DNA from: Escherichia coli O127:H6 str. E2348/69
Lineage (GTDB): Bacteria > Pseudomonadota > Gammaproteobacteria > Enterobacterales > Enterobacteriaceae
Length of the DNA: 64,000 nt
Strand: one strand, 5' to 3'
NCBI RefSeq assembly: GCF_000026545.1
Contig: NC_011601.1
Shown: positions 43,238 through 54,371 of the stretch, in pieces
Numbering within the stretch: the stretch's first letter is position 1
Layout of the letters: each line of letters opens with the position of its first letter
Program-made: the position numbers and the translations under genes
The notes under the pieces: generated by a model
Told to the model about the DNA's origin: nothing
Databases searched by the model: none
What the model saw: only the letters and a program-made list of their open reading frames with translations

Positions 43238-44218
43238 TCACCTTTCGCGCCAAAACTGCAAAATTGCTTCTACAAACCTGTCAGAAATAATCCCCCGACG
43301 GGCTGCCGCGCTGAAATGACTGCTTCGCAGTGCCGTCGTCCAGTTCTCCGGTGACCGGTACGCTGAACCGTAATATCCCGTGCTTAAATCGTCCGGGTCT
43401 TCATCAGGCGCGTTCGTCAGTCCTCTTTCACCTTGTTGCTGGAAGTCGACGAAAATAATATTGGCTAAAACATTATTTTGATAATTGCCATAAATAGCTT
43501 CATACGCATGAGGGAAATTTTCTTTCCAGTACCAGGTGGTATCGCCGCAAAACCACGGTGCGTCAGTAATATTATTAAGCTGAGAATGGTATTGTTTTAG
43601 ATCCCTACGAAAGGCTTCAACCATATGATTAAAGTGTTGAGGATGTGACGCGTAGTCACTGGTCATTAAGTCAAATTCGCCTTGCATCCAGCATACGCCG
43701 AGGAATTTGTTCTGCGGATTTTTTGCCAGTGCGGCTCGCGTTCTGCTCACTAAATCCTGGTATAGCGGAGTATCCGTTCCCCAACGACAAGCATCATGGC
43801 TGGCTCCGTGCCGTTCTGAATATGTCCCTTCGCTGCCCGCGGTAAAAGCCGATCCGCCACGGCAACACGGAACGATGAGAACCCCTGCATTATCAGGAAT
43901 AAAGGGCAGTAATTTCCGTGCTATATGCAGTGCCTGGCCAACGGTGCCGTACTGTGTTTGATGATTCGTTGCCAGAGGATGGTGATAACCCTGCATATCC
44001 TGAACATCGTGTGGGCAGTGAGTCAGTGGAATAATGTCGTTAAAGTGACATGACGGGCCTCCGGGATGCGTATGCGCAAATCTCGCTAATTGTTTAATTC
44101 TGGGATGAGGCGCATCTTCCTTGTCCGGTAATGGTAGTCCTTCGCCATACGCCATGGCATTAGATTGACCAGCAACGGTAAGAACATAGTAATAATCGGG
44201 CGATATTATCGCGTTCAT
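43238..44218 (-). CDS. nanS: N-acetyl-9-O-acetylneuraminate esterase
   Basis: 326-aa ORF; SGNH-hydrolase-like N-terminus (VLTVAGQSNAMAYG); position downstream of nanM and nanC matches the E. coli nanCMS operon. Confidence 0.8.
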   Translation of the reverse strand: MNAIISPDYYYVLTVAGQSNAMAYGEGLPLPDKEDAPHPRIKQLARFAHTHPGGPSCHFNDIIPLTHCPHDVQDMQGYHHPLATNHQTQYGTVGQALHIARKLLPFIPDNAGVLIVPCCRGGSAFTAGSEGTYSERHGASHDACRWGTDTPLYQDLVSRTRAALAKNPQNKFLGVCWMQGEFDLMTSDYASHPQHFNHMVEAFRRDLKQYHSQLNNITDAPWFCGDTTWYWKENFPHAYEAIYGNYQNNVLANIIFVDFQQQGERGLTNAPDEDPDDLSTGYYGSAYRSPENWTTALRSSHFSAAARRGIISDRFVEAILQFWRER

Positions 44219-44282
44219 ATAATTTTCGCGTAATTGAAATGATAAATTGATAGCAGGGCCCCTTTACCGGGGCCCTGAAGCG

Positions 44283-45389
44283 TTAGTTTTGTACTGTGAC
44301 TTTATTATCCTTCACAGAAATCAAAACTGAATCCGTCACCGCTTTGCCGCCTGCAGTTTCACCGCCAATAATTAATAAACTATTATTCCAGGGCAATGAT
44401 ACTCCGTAGGCCCGACCTTGCGATAATTCACCCGATTTATCCCATTTCCCGTTATGCCAAAGATGAATATCAGCGCTATATGATTTTTTCAGGCCTTCAT
44501 GCGCATAGTTCTTACCGTTCTGGTAATTTTCTCGTGAACCTTTGAATCCGGCCCCTCCGGCAAATATAAGTGAGTCATTGCTCATGCCTGCAAAACCGCC
44601 AGCGACGCCATCTGGTGATGTGACGGGAGCAAGCTTATTCCATTTTAAATTATTACCGGTGAAATCAAGTTCAAATACGGCATCCGTTCGCAATCCTGGT
44701 TTGGCTTCGCCATTAATAAGCCAGGTTTTATCACCTTTATTCACAACCGCCGCACCAGCCGTTCCGTACCAGGGAGATTCGCCAGCGTAACTCCATTGCT
44801 GTGTAGAGGGATCAAAAGACAACAGAAACTTATTGAAGAAATAATCTTCTGCTTTTTTGTCAAAATAGTGGGCGTTGATTTTATCTATAGTGGTTGAATC
44901 TTTTCCAGCTTCGTTGAGATCTTCAAAATAGCCATTGAAGATATTCTGGTTAACACCGCCAGTAACATAAGCCTTGCCGTTGTGTACAAAAGTCACATGG
45001 CCCGCCATGCCCATCGGCGCGTGCGACATCAATTTAACCCAGCTATTGGTTTTGGGGTTGTATTTGTGTACGTCATTAAATACCTGAGTCAAGCCCTCGC
45101 TGTTTTTGCCAATGCCGCCAAACACATACAGATTGCCATCAATAAATGCAGAGGTTGCTTGATCTCTCGGTCCGCCAGGGAATGCAGCTAACGCTGTCCA
45201 TTTTTTATCTTTGGCCTGTGTATCCAGCTTGTACCATGCTGTACCTGCGCTACCTAAACCAATGTAGACAGTGCCGTTATCAATTGCTCCGGTACCACTT
45301 TTAAATGGCACAGGAGTTTCCGGTAATACAGACGCGTTTGCGGCAAATGAAGCCATTATGATAGTAAGCGCCGTTATTGTTTTATTCAT
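44283..45389 (-). CDS. nanM: N-acetylneuraminate mutarotase (Kelch-repeat protein)
   Basis: 368-aa product from the Met at 45389 (MNKTITALTIIMASFAANA signal peptide); Kelch-type repeats; operon context. Confidence 0.8.
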   Translation of the reverse strand: MNKTITALTIIMASFAANASVLPETPVPFKSGTGAIDNGTVYIGLGSAGTAWYKLDTQAKDKKWTALAAFPGGPRDQATSAFIDGNLYVFGGIGKNSEGLTQVFNDVHKYNPKTNSWVKLMSHAPMGMAGHVTFVHNGKAYVTGGVNQNIFNGYFEDLNEAGKDSTTIDKINAHYFDKKAEDYFFNKFLLSFDPSTQQWSYAGESPWYGTAGAAVVNKGDKTWLINGEAKPGLRTDAVFELDFTGNNLKWNKLAPVTSPDGVAGGFAGMSNDSLIFAGGAGFKGSRENYQNGKNYAHEGLKKSYSADIHLWHNGKWDKSGELSQGRAYGVSLPWNNSLLIIGGETAGGKAVTDSVLISVKDNKVTVQN

Positions 45390-45408
45390 TGTGACTGTCT
45401 CCTGTCTA

Positions 45409-46125
45409 CTACAGTTTAAATGACACACCAATGCGATAACTGTTTTCCGATAAATTATCTCTGCCGTTGTAAACACCCTGACGGTCAAGGTAGTCATATT
45501 CTATGTATGGCGTAATATCGGGCGTCATATGGTATTGTAGAACAAATGCATTTTCCGTCGCCCATTTCTTATGGTTTGCATAGCGATAATCGTTCTGTTT
45601 GCTGTATAGCGTCGTTTGCCATGCGAAGGTGAAATCACTATTAATATGGTAAGTGACATATCCATCCCAACGATGAACGTTATCACGAGACATATCACCG
45701 GATAAGTCTTGTTGTCGGTAAGCTTTCCAGTCGTAACGATAGCGAATGCCAAAATTAAGATCTTTTGTCGCGTCCCAGGACAGTTTTACGTAGGGTCCGT
45801 AGCGTGTGCCGTTGCTGCTAAAATGCGTTAACATTCCCGGGCGCACCGTCCATTGATCATCAAGTTTAATCGCGTAATTAACTTCAACCTGAACATCATT
45901 GAGTGCGGCATTTTCCTTTTTATTATCATGAATGGTATTCCAGGTATTACTTTCCATACTTGCCCACCATCCATTTTGCCATCCCTCACTGACTTTGAGT
46001 CGAGTCTCATAGGCGTGGCTTCCACTACGATATCCACCACGTACGTCCAGTGTCGCAGCCTGAGAAATTAGTGGTGACGAAAAGCACAGTAATAATACGC
46101 CAGAAAGTATTTTAGCCTTTTTCAT
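45409..46125 (-). CDS. nanC: N-acetylneuraminic acid outer-membrane channel (KdgM family)
   Basis: 238-aa product beginning MKKAKILSGVLLLCFSSPLISQA; beta-barrel porin-like, ends in aromatic residue context; upstream of the long fimB regulatory region. Confidence 0.85.
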   Translation of the reverse strand: MKKAKILSGVLLLCFSSPLISQAATLDVRGGYRSGSHAYETRLKVSEGWQNGWWASMESNTWNTIHDNKKENAALNDVQVEVNYAIKLDDQWTVRPGMLTHFSSNGTRYGPYVKLSWDATKDLNFGIRYRYDWKAYRQQDLSGDMSRDNVHRWDGYVTYHINSDFTFAWQTTLYSKQNDYRYANHKKWATENAFVLQYHMTPDITPYIEYDYLDRQGVYNGRDNLSENSYRIGVSFKL

Positions 46126-47588
46126 ATATTTCACTCATTTATAGGATACAGAAAGCAATACAAAGCCCGCATAAACAATTAGCATTTATGTTGTGTAATA
46201 TTTTTTGCCAGGCTTATAGTGTCTTTGGCAACGAGTAGCTGTATTTTATATTTTTTGTATAAGGTCTCCTGTGAAAATTCTCTTTCCACATTATTTAAAT
46301 AAACAGAGAACCAGATTAAATACCTGAGTATAAAATCTCTTCTGATGTTTAATTGATTTGAATGTTCGTAAGCTATATCACTTACTCAATCCATTTTACC
46401 CAGAGTCATAAAATAGAGTGTCTGTTAATCTCATTTTCATATTCCTTTCAGACTGAAGTGCGTTTTCATCACCCGATGAGAAAGAACTGAAGTGATGTTT
46501 GCCATAGATTGCGAGATGCCCTGTCTCATTGACTATCGCGGTGCACCTTTATACCTGTTATACCAGATCAAAAATCACGCAATCCATACAACAAAACGAG
46601 ATTTGCAATTCGTGTCACAAAATATGTCGATCTTTTTCTAAGAGGAAGATGGCATGTGAAGCCAGACGAACACTTGAGGTGGTCTTCAAAAACTAAATGA
46701 TTTCTTTTAACTGTTTGTTTTATAAAAAATTTATTTAGGGTCTAAACAAGGGAAGCTTTGCAAGCTAACTCAGTGAGCGTGGTGAAAACAAGTGTTTACC
46801 CGCCATCAGGATGATCATAATTCTCATCATGAAATATGTTTCCTGGTTTTGGCTTGTAAGTGGTCACCCCTGAAGTCGATCTGGAAAGGCTTGTAGATGT
46901 TGGTGTTTTCAGGATGATGTTTCAGATAGTTTGTTTGCCGTATCGCCCGGCGAATAGCTGTGATTGAGGAAGGTTTAAGTCGCAGTGACCAATGCCATAT
47001 TTACCAACGAATGTAGATGAAAAAGCGTCTCCTGCGTTCCCCCATATCTCCAGGAAATACACAGTCTGAAAAAGGAATGTAACAATCTCATGGCGTAAGC
47101 TGACGAACCAGGCAGGAATAATCGCTAGGGACCTAAGCATTAGCATGATAATAGCCATTAAGAAATTACTGTGTTCCATGAAATAGCCATTTTGTGGCAA
47201 ATGCAGTTGACTAATAATGTCATATGTGAGACGGCTAGTTGAACAAATATTAAATTTTGCTGAATTTTTTATGTTGATTTTACTTGTTACAGAACATATC
47301 ACATGATATATAGATAAGATTAGTTGCATTAATGATGAGGGTTATTATTCGATTCGTATCAGATTTATAAATATATAAAGGTACATAGCATGCAAGAGCA
47401 TGGCGTTTGTATGGCAAAGTTATTATAAGTAACTATCGCTACTCCATTTAAGTTCACTCAGAAGAACTGGTCCACTTACGTTAGTTATTAAGCAAACGTT
47501 CGCTTTTATAAACATAATCAGGATTAAAATGTTGGATTATTGCTAACCCAGCACAGCTAGTGCGCGTCTGTAATTATAAGGGAAAACG
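46126..47588. promoter_or_regulatory. Long nanC-fimB divergent intergenic regulatory region
   Basis: About 1.46 kb AT-rich noncoding DNA between divergent nanC and fimB; in E. coli this region carries the NanR/NagC/IHF sites controlling fimB, but individual sites were not mapped here. Confidence 0.6.
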
Positions 47589-48191
47589 ATGAAGAATAAG
47601 GCTGATAACAAAAAAAGGAACTTCCTGACCCATAGTGAAATCGAATCACTCCTTAAAGCAGCAAATACCGGGCCTCATGCTGCACGTAATTATTGTCTGA
47701 CATTACTTTGTTTTATTCATGGTTTCCGGGCGAGTGAAATTTGCCGATTGAGGATTTCGGATATTGATCTTAAGGCAAAGTGTATATATATCCATCGATT
47801 AAAAAAAGGCTTTTCAACAACGCACCCGCTATTGAACAAAGAAATTCAGGCTTTAAAAAACTGGTTGAGTATCCGTACTTCTTATCCGCATGCTGAGAGC
47901 GAGTGGGTATTCTTATCACGTAAGGGGAATCCACTTTCTCGGCAACAGTTTTACCATATTATCTCGACTTCCGGTGGTAATGCCGGGTTGTCACTGGAGA
48001 TTCATCCGCACATGTTACGCCATTCGTGTGGTTTTGCTTTGGCGAATATGGGAATAGATACGCGACTTATCCAGGATTATCTTGGACATCGCAATATTCG
48101 TCATACTGTCTGGTATACCGCCAGCAATGCAGGGCGTTTTTACGGCATCTGGGATAGAGCCAGAGGACGACAGCGTCACGCTGTTTTATAG
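47589..48191 (+). CDS. fimB: Type 1 fimbriae recombinase FimB (tyrosine recombinase)
   Basis: 200-aa ORF beginning MKNKADNKKRNFLTHSEIESLL; RHS...HxxR...Y recombinase motifs. Confidence 0.95.
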   Translation: MKNKADNKKRNFLTHSEIESLLKAANTGPHAARNYCLTLLCFIHGFRASEICRLRISDIDLKAKCIYIHRLKKGFSTTHPLLNKEIQALKNWLSIRTSYPHAESEWVFLSRKGNPLSRQQFYHIISTSGGNAGLSLEIHPHMLRHSCGFALANMGIDTRLIQDYLGHRNIRHTVWYTASNAGRFYGIWDRARGRQRHAVL

Positions 48192-48668
48192 AGATAGTTG
48201 AGATACCAGGGATGGTGTTAAAAACTACATTATTCTTACGATATATCAAAAATGATTAACCATTTATTAATTGATGTTATTGTAAGTATGATTCTTAATT
48301 ATCATAATAAACATTAAGTTAACCATATCCATACAAAATACAATGGTTTATGTTCTTCAAAATAAATAAACAAAATCATTCATAAATTTACACATCACTT
48401 AAATTCGCCTGTTTTCATACTTTTTTCTTTATTTTTTAAGCAACTGGAAGTTAATCCACTGCAATCTATTGTTATATTGAATCAAATCAATGAAAATAGA
48501 TGTTGTCACATCAGTGATATTTTATTTTTGTATGATATTTAATGTAATTGACTGATAGCCACATCACTTCGTGTGTGGTTATCTTTTTATCTATTGGGCT
48601 AATTTTGACCGATTGAGGTTTCCTATAGGTATTCATTCAAATATATCTCAGTCAGGAGTACTACTATT

Positions 48669-49265
48669 GTGAGTAAACGTCGTTATCTTACCGGTAAAGA
48701 AGTTCAGGCCATGATGCAGGCGGTGTGTTACGGGGCAACGGGAGCCAGAGATTATTGTCTTATTCTGTTGGCATATCGGCATGGGATGCGTATTAGTGAA
48801 CTGCTTGATCTGCATTATCAGGATCTTGACCTTAATGAAGGTCGAATAAATATTCGCCGACTGAAGAACGGATTTTCTACCGTTCACCCGTTACGTTTTG
48901 ATGAGCGTGAAGCTGTGGAACGCTGGACCCAGGAACGTGCTAACTGGAAAGGTGCTGACCGGACCGACGCTATATTTATTTCTCGCCGCGGGAGTCGGCT
49001 TTCTCGCCAGCAGGCCTATCGCATTATTCGCGATGCCGGTATTGAAGCTGGAACCGTAACGCAGACTCATCCTCATATGTTAAGGCATGCTTGTGGTTAT
49101 GAACTGGCGGAACGTGGTGCAGATACCCGTTTAATTCAGGATTATCTCGGGCATCGAAATATTCGCCATACTGTGCGTTATACCGCCAGTAATGCTGCTC
49201 GTTTTGCCGGATTATGGGAAAGAAATAATCTCATAAACGAAAAATTAAAAAGAGAAGAAGCTTGA
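48669..49265 (+). CDS. fimE: Type 1 fimbriae recombinase FimE (tyrosine recombinase)
   Basis: 198-aa ORF beginning VSKRRYLTGKEVQAMMQAV; paralog of FimB directly upstream of the fim switch. Confidence 0.95.
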   Translation: MSKRRYLTGKEVQAMMQAVCYGATGARDYCLILLAYRHGMRISELLDLHYQDLDLNEGRINIRRLKNGFSTVHPLRFDEREAVERWTQERANWKGADRTDAIFISRRGSRLSRQQAYRIIRDAGIEAGTVTQTHPHMLRHACGYELAERGADTRLIQDYLGHRNIRHTVRYTASNAARFAGLWERNNLINEKLKREEA

Positions 49266-49312
49266 TTTAACTTATTGATAATAAAGTTAAAAAACAAATA
49301 AATACAAGACAA

Positions 49313-49626
49313 TTGGGGCCAAACTGTCTATATCATAAATAAGTTACGTATTTTTTCTCAAGCATAAAAATATTAAAAAACGACAAAAAGCATCTAACTG
49401 TTTTATATGTAAATTATTTCTCTTGTAAATTAATTTCACATCACCTCCGCTATATGTAAAGCTAACGTTTCTGTAGCTCGACGCAACTTCCTCATTCTTC
49501 TCTCCAAAAACCACCTCATGCAATATAAAAAACTGCAAATAAAGATAACTATAGAACATTAAGCCAACAAATAAACTGAAAAAGTTTGTGCGCGATGCTT
49601 TCCTCTATGAGTCAAAATGGCCCCAA
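49313..49626. promoter_or_regulatory. fimS invertible element (314 bp) flanked by 9-bp inverted repeats TTGGGGCCA (49313-49321) and TGGCCCCAA (49618-49626)
   Basis: Exact 9-bp inverted repeats 314 bp apart, between fimE and fimA. Confidence 0.9.
49332..49361 (-). promoter_or_regulatory. Sigma-70-like promoter inside fimS (TTGAGA-17/18 bp-TATGAT) reading toward fimE, which would make the switch phase-OFF as sequenced
   Basis: Best -35/-10 match inside the switch lies on the minus strand at the fimE-proximal end; only a weak match is found reading toward fimA. Confidence 0.5.
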
Positions 49627-49745
49627 ATGTTTCATCTTTTGGGGGAAAACTGTGCAGTGTTGGCAGTCAAACTCGTTGACAAAACAAAGTGTACAGAACG
49701 ACTGCCCATGTCGATTTAGAAATAGTTTTTTTAAAGGAAAGCAGC

Positions 49746-50294
49746 ATGAAAATTAAAACTCTGGCAATCGTTGTTCTGTCGGCTCTGTCCCTCAGTTCCA
49801 CAGCGGCTCTGGCCGCTGCCACGACGGTTAATGGTGGGACCGTTCACTTTAAAGGGGAAGTTGTTAACGCCGCTTGCGCAGTTGATGCAGGCTCTGTTGA
49901 TCAAACCGTTCAGTTAGGACAGGTTCGTACCGCATCGCTGGCGCAGGAAGGAGCAACCAGTTCTGCTGTCGGTTTTAACATTCAGCTGAATGATTGCGAT
50001 ACCAATGTTGCATCTAAAGCAGCTGTTGCCTTTTTAGGTACGGCGATTGATGCGGCTCATACCAACGTTCTGGCTCTGCAGAGTTCGGCTGCGGGTAGCG
50101 CAACAAATGTTGGTGTGCAGATTCTGGACAGAACAGGTGTTGCGCTGACGCTGGACGGTGCGACATTTAGTTCAGAAACAACCCTGAATAACGGTACTAA
50201 CACCATTCCGTTCCAGGCGCGTTATTTTGCAACCGGTGCTGCAACCCCGGGTGCTGCTAATGCGGATGCGACCTTCAAGGTTCAGTATCAATAA
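49746..50294 (+). CDS. fimA: Type 1 fimbrial major subunit
   Basis: 182-aa product from the ATG at 49746 ([23 protein letters not shown] signal peptide); C-terminal ...FKVQYQ. Confidence 0.95.
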   Translation: MKIKTLAIVVLSALSLSSTAALAAATTVNGGTVHFKGEVVNAACAVDAGSVDQTVQLGQVRTASLAQEGATSSAVGFNIQLNDCDTNVASKAAVAFLGTAIDAAHTNVLALQSSAAGSATNVGVQILDRTGVALTLDGATFSSETTLNNGTNTIPFQARYFATGAATPGAANADATFKVQYQ

Positions 50295-50358
50295 CCTACC
50301 CAGGTTCAGGGACGTCATTACGGGCAGGGATGCCCACCCTTGTGCGATAAAAATAACG

Positions 50359-50898
50359 ATGAAAAGGAAGAGATTATTTCTGTTAGCGTCGTTGCTGCCA
50401 ATGTTTGCTCTGGCCGGAAATAAATGGAATACCACGCTGCCCGGCGGAAATATGCAATTTCAGGGCGTCATTATTGCGGAAGCTTGCCGGATTGAAGCCG
50501 GTGACAAACAAATGACGGTCAATATGGGGCAAATCAGCAGTAACCGGTTTCATGCGGTAGGGGAAGATAGCGCACCGGTGCCTTTTGTTATTCATTTACG
50601 GGAATGTAGCACGGTGGTGAGTGAACGTGTGGGGGTGGCGTTTCACGGTGTCGCGGATGGTAAAAATCCGGATGTGCTTTCCGTGGGAGAGGGGCCAGGG
50701 ATAGCCACCAATATTGGCGTAGCGTTGTTTGATGAAGAAGGAAACCTCGTACCGATTAACCGTCCTCCAGTAAACTGGAAACGGCTTTATTCAGGCTCTA
50801 CTTCGCTACATTTCATCGCCAAATATCGTGCTACCGGGCGTCGGGTTACTGGCGGCATCGCCAATGCCCAGGCCTGGTTCTCTTTAACCTATCAGTAA
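50359..50898 (+). CDS. fimI: Type 1 fimbrial protein FimI
   Basis: 179-aa product from the ATG at 50359 ([19 protein letters not shown]); fimbrial subunit fold; the track ORF extends further upstream. Confidence 0.85.
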   Translation: MKRKRLFLLASLLPMFALAGNKWNTTLPGGNMQFQGVIIAEACRIEAGDKQMTVNMGQISSNRFHAVGEDSAPVPFVIHLRECSTVVSERVGVAFHGVADGKNPDVLSVGEGPGIATNIGVALFDEEGNLVPINRPPVNWKRLYSGSTSLHFIAKYRATGRRVTGGIANAQAWFSLTYQ

Positions 50899-50934
50899 TT
50901 GTTCAGCAGATAATGTGATAACAGGAACAGGACA

Positions 50935-51660
50935 GTGAGTAATAAAAACGTCAATGTAAGGAAATCGCAGGAAATAACATTCTGCTTGCTGGCAGGTATC
51001 CTGATGTTCATGGCAATGGTGGTTGCCGGACGCGCTGAAGCGGGAGTGGCCTTAGGTGCGACTCGCGTAATTTATCCGGCAGGGCAAAAACAAGTGCAAC
51101 TTGCCGTGACAAATAATGATGAAAATAGCACCTATTTGATTCAATCATGGGTAGAAAATGCCGATGGTGTAAAGGATGGCCGTTTTATCGTGACGCCACC
51201 TCTGTTTGCGATGAAGGGAAAAAAAGAGAATACCTTGCGTATTCTTGATGCAACAAATAACCAATTGCCACAGGATCGGGAAAGTTTATTCTGGATGAAT
51301 GTTAAAGCGATTCCGTCAATGGATAAATCAAAATTGACTGAGAATACGCTACAGCTCGCAATTATCAGCCGCATTAAACTGTACTATCGTCCGGCTAAAT
51401 TAGCGTTGCCACCCGATCAGGCCGCAGAAAAATTAAGATTTCGTCGTAGCGCGAATTCTCTGACTCTGATTAACCCGACACCCTATTACCTGACGGTAAC
51501 AGAGTTGAATGCCGGAACCCAGGTTCTTGAAAATGCATTGGTGCCTCCAATGGGCGAAAGCACGGTTAAATTGCCTTCTGATGCAGGAAGCAATATTACT
51601 TACCGAACAATAAATGATTATGGCGCACTTACCCCCAAAATGACGGGCGTAATGGAATAA
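50935..51660 (+). CDS. fimC: Periplasmic fimbrial chaperone FimC
   Basis: 241-aa ORF with GTG start; PapD-like chaperone. Confidence 0.95.
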   Translation: MSNKNVNVRKSQEITFCLLAGILMFMAMVVAGRAEAGVALGATRVIYPAGQKQVQLAVTNNDENSTYLIQSWVENADGVKDGRFIVTPPLFAMKGKKENTLRILDATNNQLPQDRESLFWMNVKAIPSMDKSKLTENTLQLAIISRIKLYYRPAKLALPPDQAAEKLRFRRSANSLTLINPTPYYLTVTELNAGTQVLENALVPPMGESTVKLPSDAGSNITYRTINDYGALTPKMTGVME

Positions 51661-51725
51661 CACAGGGGGAATTTTTCGCCTGAATAAAAAGAATTAACTG
51701 CCGGGTGATTTAAACCGGAGGAATA

Positions 51726-54362
51726 ATGTCATATCTGAATTTAAGAATTTACCAGCGAAACACACAATGCTTGCATATTCGTAAGCATCGTTTGGCTGTT
51801 TTTTTTGTCCGGCTCTTTGTCGCCTGTGCTTTTGCCGCACAGGCACCTTTGTCATCTGCCGAACTCTATTTTAATCCGCGCTTTTTAGCGGATGATCCCC
51901 AGGCTGTGGCCGATTTATCGCGTTTTGAAAATGGGCAAGAATTGCCGCCAGGGACGTATCGTGTCGATATCTATTTGAATAATGGTTATATGGCAACGCG
52001 TGATGTCACATTTAATACGGGCGACAGTGAACAAGGGATTGTTCCCTGCCTGACACGCGCGCAACTCGCCAGTATGGGGCTGAATACAGCTTCTGTCTCC
52101 GGTATGAATCTGCTGGCGGATGATGCCTGCGTGCCATTAACCTCAATGATCCATGACGCTACTGCGCATTTAGATGTTGGTCAGCAGCGACTCAACCTGA
52201 CGATCCCTCAGGCATTTATGAGTAATCGCGCGCGTGGATATATTCCTCCTGAGTTGTGGGATCCCGGTATTAATGCCGGCTTGCTCAATTATAATTTCAG
52301 CGGAAATAGTGTACAGAATCGGATTGGTAGTAACAGCCATTATGCATATTTAAACCTACAGAGTGGGCTAAATATTGGTGCGTGGCGTTTACGCGACAAT
52401 ACCACCTGGAGTTATAACAGTAGCGACAGTTCATCAGGTAGCAAAAATAAATGGCAGCATATCAATACCTGGCTTGAGCGAGACATAATTCCGTTACGTT
52501 CCCGGCTGACGCTGGGTGATGGTTATACCCAGGGCGATATTTTCGATGGTATTAACTTTCGCGGCGCACAATTGGCCTCAGATGACAATATGTTACCCGA
52601 TAGCCAAAGAGGATTTGCCCCGGTGATCCACGGTATTGCTCGTGGTACTGCACAGGTCACTATTAAACAAAATGGGTATGACATTTATAATAGTACGGTG
52701 CCACCGGGGCCTTTTACCATCAACGATATCTATGCCGCAGGTAATAGTGGTGACTTGCAGGTAACGATTAAAGAGGCTGACGGCAGTACGCAGATTTTTA
52801 CCGTACCCTATTCGTCAGTCCCGCTCTTGCAACGTGAAGGGCATACACGTTATTCCATTACGGCAGGAGAATACCGTAGTGGAAATGCGCAACAGGAAAA
52901 ACCCCGCTTTTTCCAGAGTACATTACTCCACGGCCTTCCGGCTGGCTGGACAATATATGGTGGAGCGCAACTGGCGGATCGTTATCGTGCTTTTAATTTC
53001 GGTATCGGGAAAAACATGGGGGCACTGGGCGCTCTGTCTGTGGATATGACGCAGGCTAATTCCACACTTCCCGATGACAGTCAGCATGACGGACAATCGG
53101 TGCGTTTTCTTTATAACAAATCGCTCAATGAGTCAGGCACGAATATTCAGTTAGTGGGTTACCGTTATTCGACCAGTGGGTATTTTAATTTCGCTGATAC
53201 AACATACAGTCGAATGAATGGCTACAACATCGAAACACAGGATGGTGTTATTCAGGTTAAGCCGAAATTCACCGACTATTACAATCTCGCTTATAACAAA
53301 CGCGGGAAATTACAACTCACCGTTACTCAGCAACTCGGGCGCACATCAACACTGTATTTGAGTGGTAGCCATCAAACTTATTGGGGAACGAGTAATGTCG
53401 ATGAGCAATTCCAGGCAGGATTAAATACTGCGTTCGAAGATATTAACTGGACGCTCAGCTATAGCCTGACGAAAAACGCCTGGCAAAAAGGACGGGATCA
53501 GATGTTAGCTCTTAACGTCAATATTCCTTTCAGCCACTGGCTGCGTTCTGACAGTAAATCTCAGTGGCGACATGCCAGTGCCAGCTACAGCATGTCACAC
53601 GATCTCAACGGTCGGATGACCAATCTGGCCGGTGTATACGGTACGTTGCTGGAAGACAACAACCTCAGCTATAGCGTGCAAACCGGTTATGCCGGGGGAG
53701 GCGATGGAAATAGCGGAAGTACAGGCTACGCCACGCTGAATTATCGCGGTGGTTACGGCAATGCCAATATCGGTTACAGCCATAGCGATGATATTAAGCA
53801 GCTCTATTACGGAGTCAGCGGTGGGGTACTGGCTCATGCCAATGGCGTAACGCTGGGGCAGCCGTTAAACGATACGGTGGTGCTTGTTAAAGCGCCTGGC
53901 GCAAAAGATGCAAAAGTCGAAAACCAGACAGGAGTGCGTACCGACTGGCGGGGTTATGCCGTGCTGCCATATGCCACTGAATATCGGGAAAACAGAGTGG
54001 CGCTGGATACCAATACCCTGGCTGATAACGTCGATTTAGATAATGCGGTCGCTAACGTTGTTCCCACCCGTGGAGCGATCGTGCGAGCAGAGTTTAAAGC
54101 GCGCGTTGGGATAAAACTGCTCATGACGCTAACCCACAATAATAAGCCGCTGCCGTTTGGGGCGATGGTGACATCAGAGAGTAGCCAGAGTAGCGGCATT
54201 GTTGCGGATAATGGTCAGGTTTACCTCAGCGGAATGCCTTTAGCGGGAAAAGTTCAGGTGAAATGGGGAGAAGAGGAAAATGCTCACTGTGTCGCCAATT
54301 ATCAACTGCCACCAGAGAGTCAGCAGCAGTTATTAACCCAGCTATCAGCTGAATGTCGTTAA
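51726..54362 (+). CDS. fimD: Outer-membrane fimbrial usher FimD
   Basis: 878-aa ORF; usher-family length and composition. Confidence 0.95.
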   Translation: MSYLNLRIYQRNTQCLHIRKHRLAVFFVRLFVACAFAAQAPLSSAELYFNPRFLADDPQAVADLSRFENGQELPPGTYRVDIYLNNGYMATRDVTFNTGDSEQGIVPCLTRAQLASMGLNTASVSGMNLLADDACVPLTSMIHDATAHLDVGQQRLNLTIPQAFMSNRARGYIPPELWDPGINAGLLNYNFSGNSVQNRIGSNSHYAYLNLQSGLNIGAWRLRDNTTWSYNSSDSSSGSKNKWQHINTWLERDIIPLRSRLTLGDGYTQGDIFDGINFRGAQLASDDNMLPDSQRGFAPVIHGIARGTAQVTIKQNGYDIYNSTVPPGPFTINDIYAAGNSGDLQVTIKEADGSTQIFTVPYSSVPLLQREGHTRYSITAGEYRSGNAQQEKPRFFQSTLLHGLPAGWTIYGGAQLADRYRAFNFGIGKNMGALGALSVDMTQANSTLPDDSQHDGQSVRFLYNKSLNESGTNIQLVGYRYSTSGYFNFADTTYSRMNGYNIETQDGVIQVKPKFTDYYNLAYNKRGKLQLTVTQQLGRTSTLYLSGSHQTYWGTSNVDEQFQAGLNTAFEDINWTLSYSLTKNAWQKGRDQMLALNVNIPFSHWLRSDSKSQWRHASASYSMSHDLNGRMTNLAGVYGTLLEDNNLSYSVQTGYAGGGDGNSGSTGYATLNYRGGYGNANIGYSHSDDIKQLYYGVSGGVLAHANGVTLGQPLNDTVVLVKAPGAKDAKVENQTGVRTDWRGYAVLPYATEYRENRVALDTNTLADNVDLDNAVANVVPTRGAIVRAEFKARVGIKLLMTLTHNNKPLPFGAMVTSESSQSSGIVADNGQVYLSGMPLAGKVQVKWGEEENAHCVANYQLPPESQQQLLTQLSAECR

Positions 54363-54371
54363 GGGGGCGTG

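Noticed and set aside
46922-47329. 135-aa minus-strand ORF in the nanC-fimB intergenic region
   Set aside because: Falls in AT-rich DNA I take to be the fimB regulatory region; no RBS; more likely noncoding regulatory DNA.
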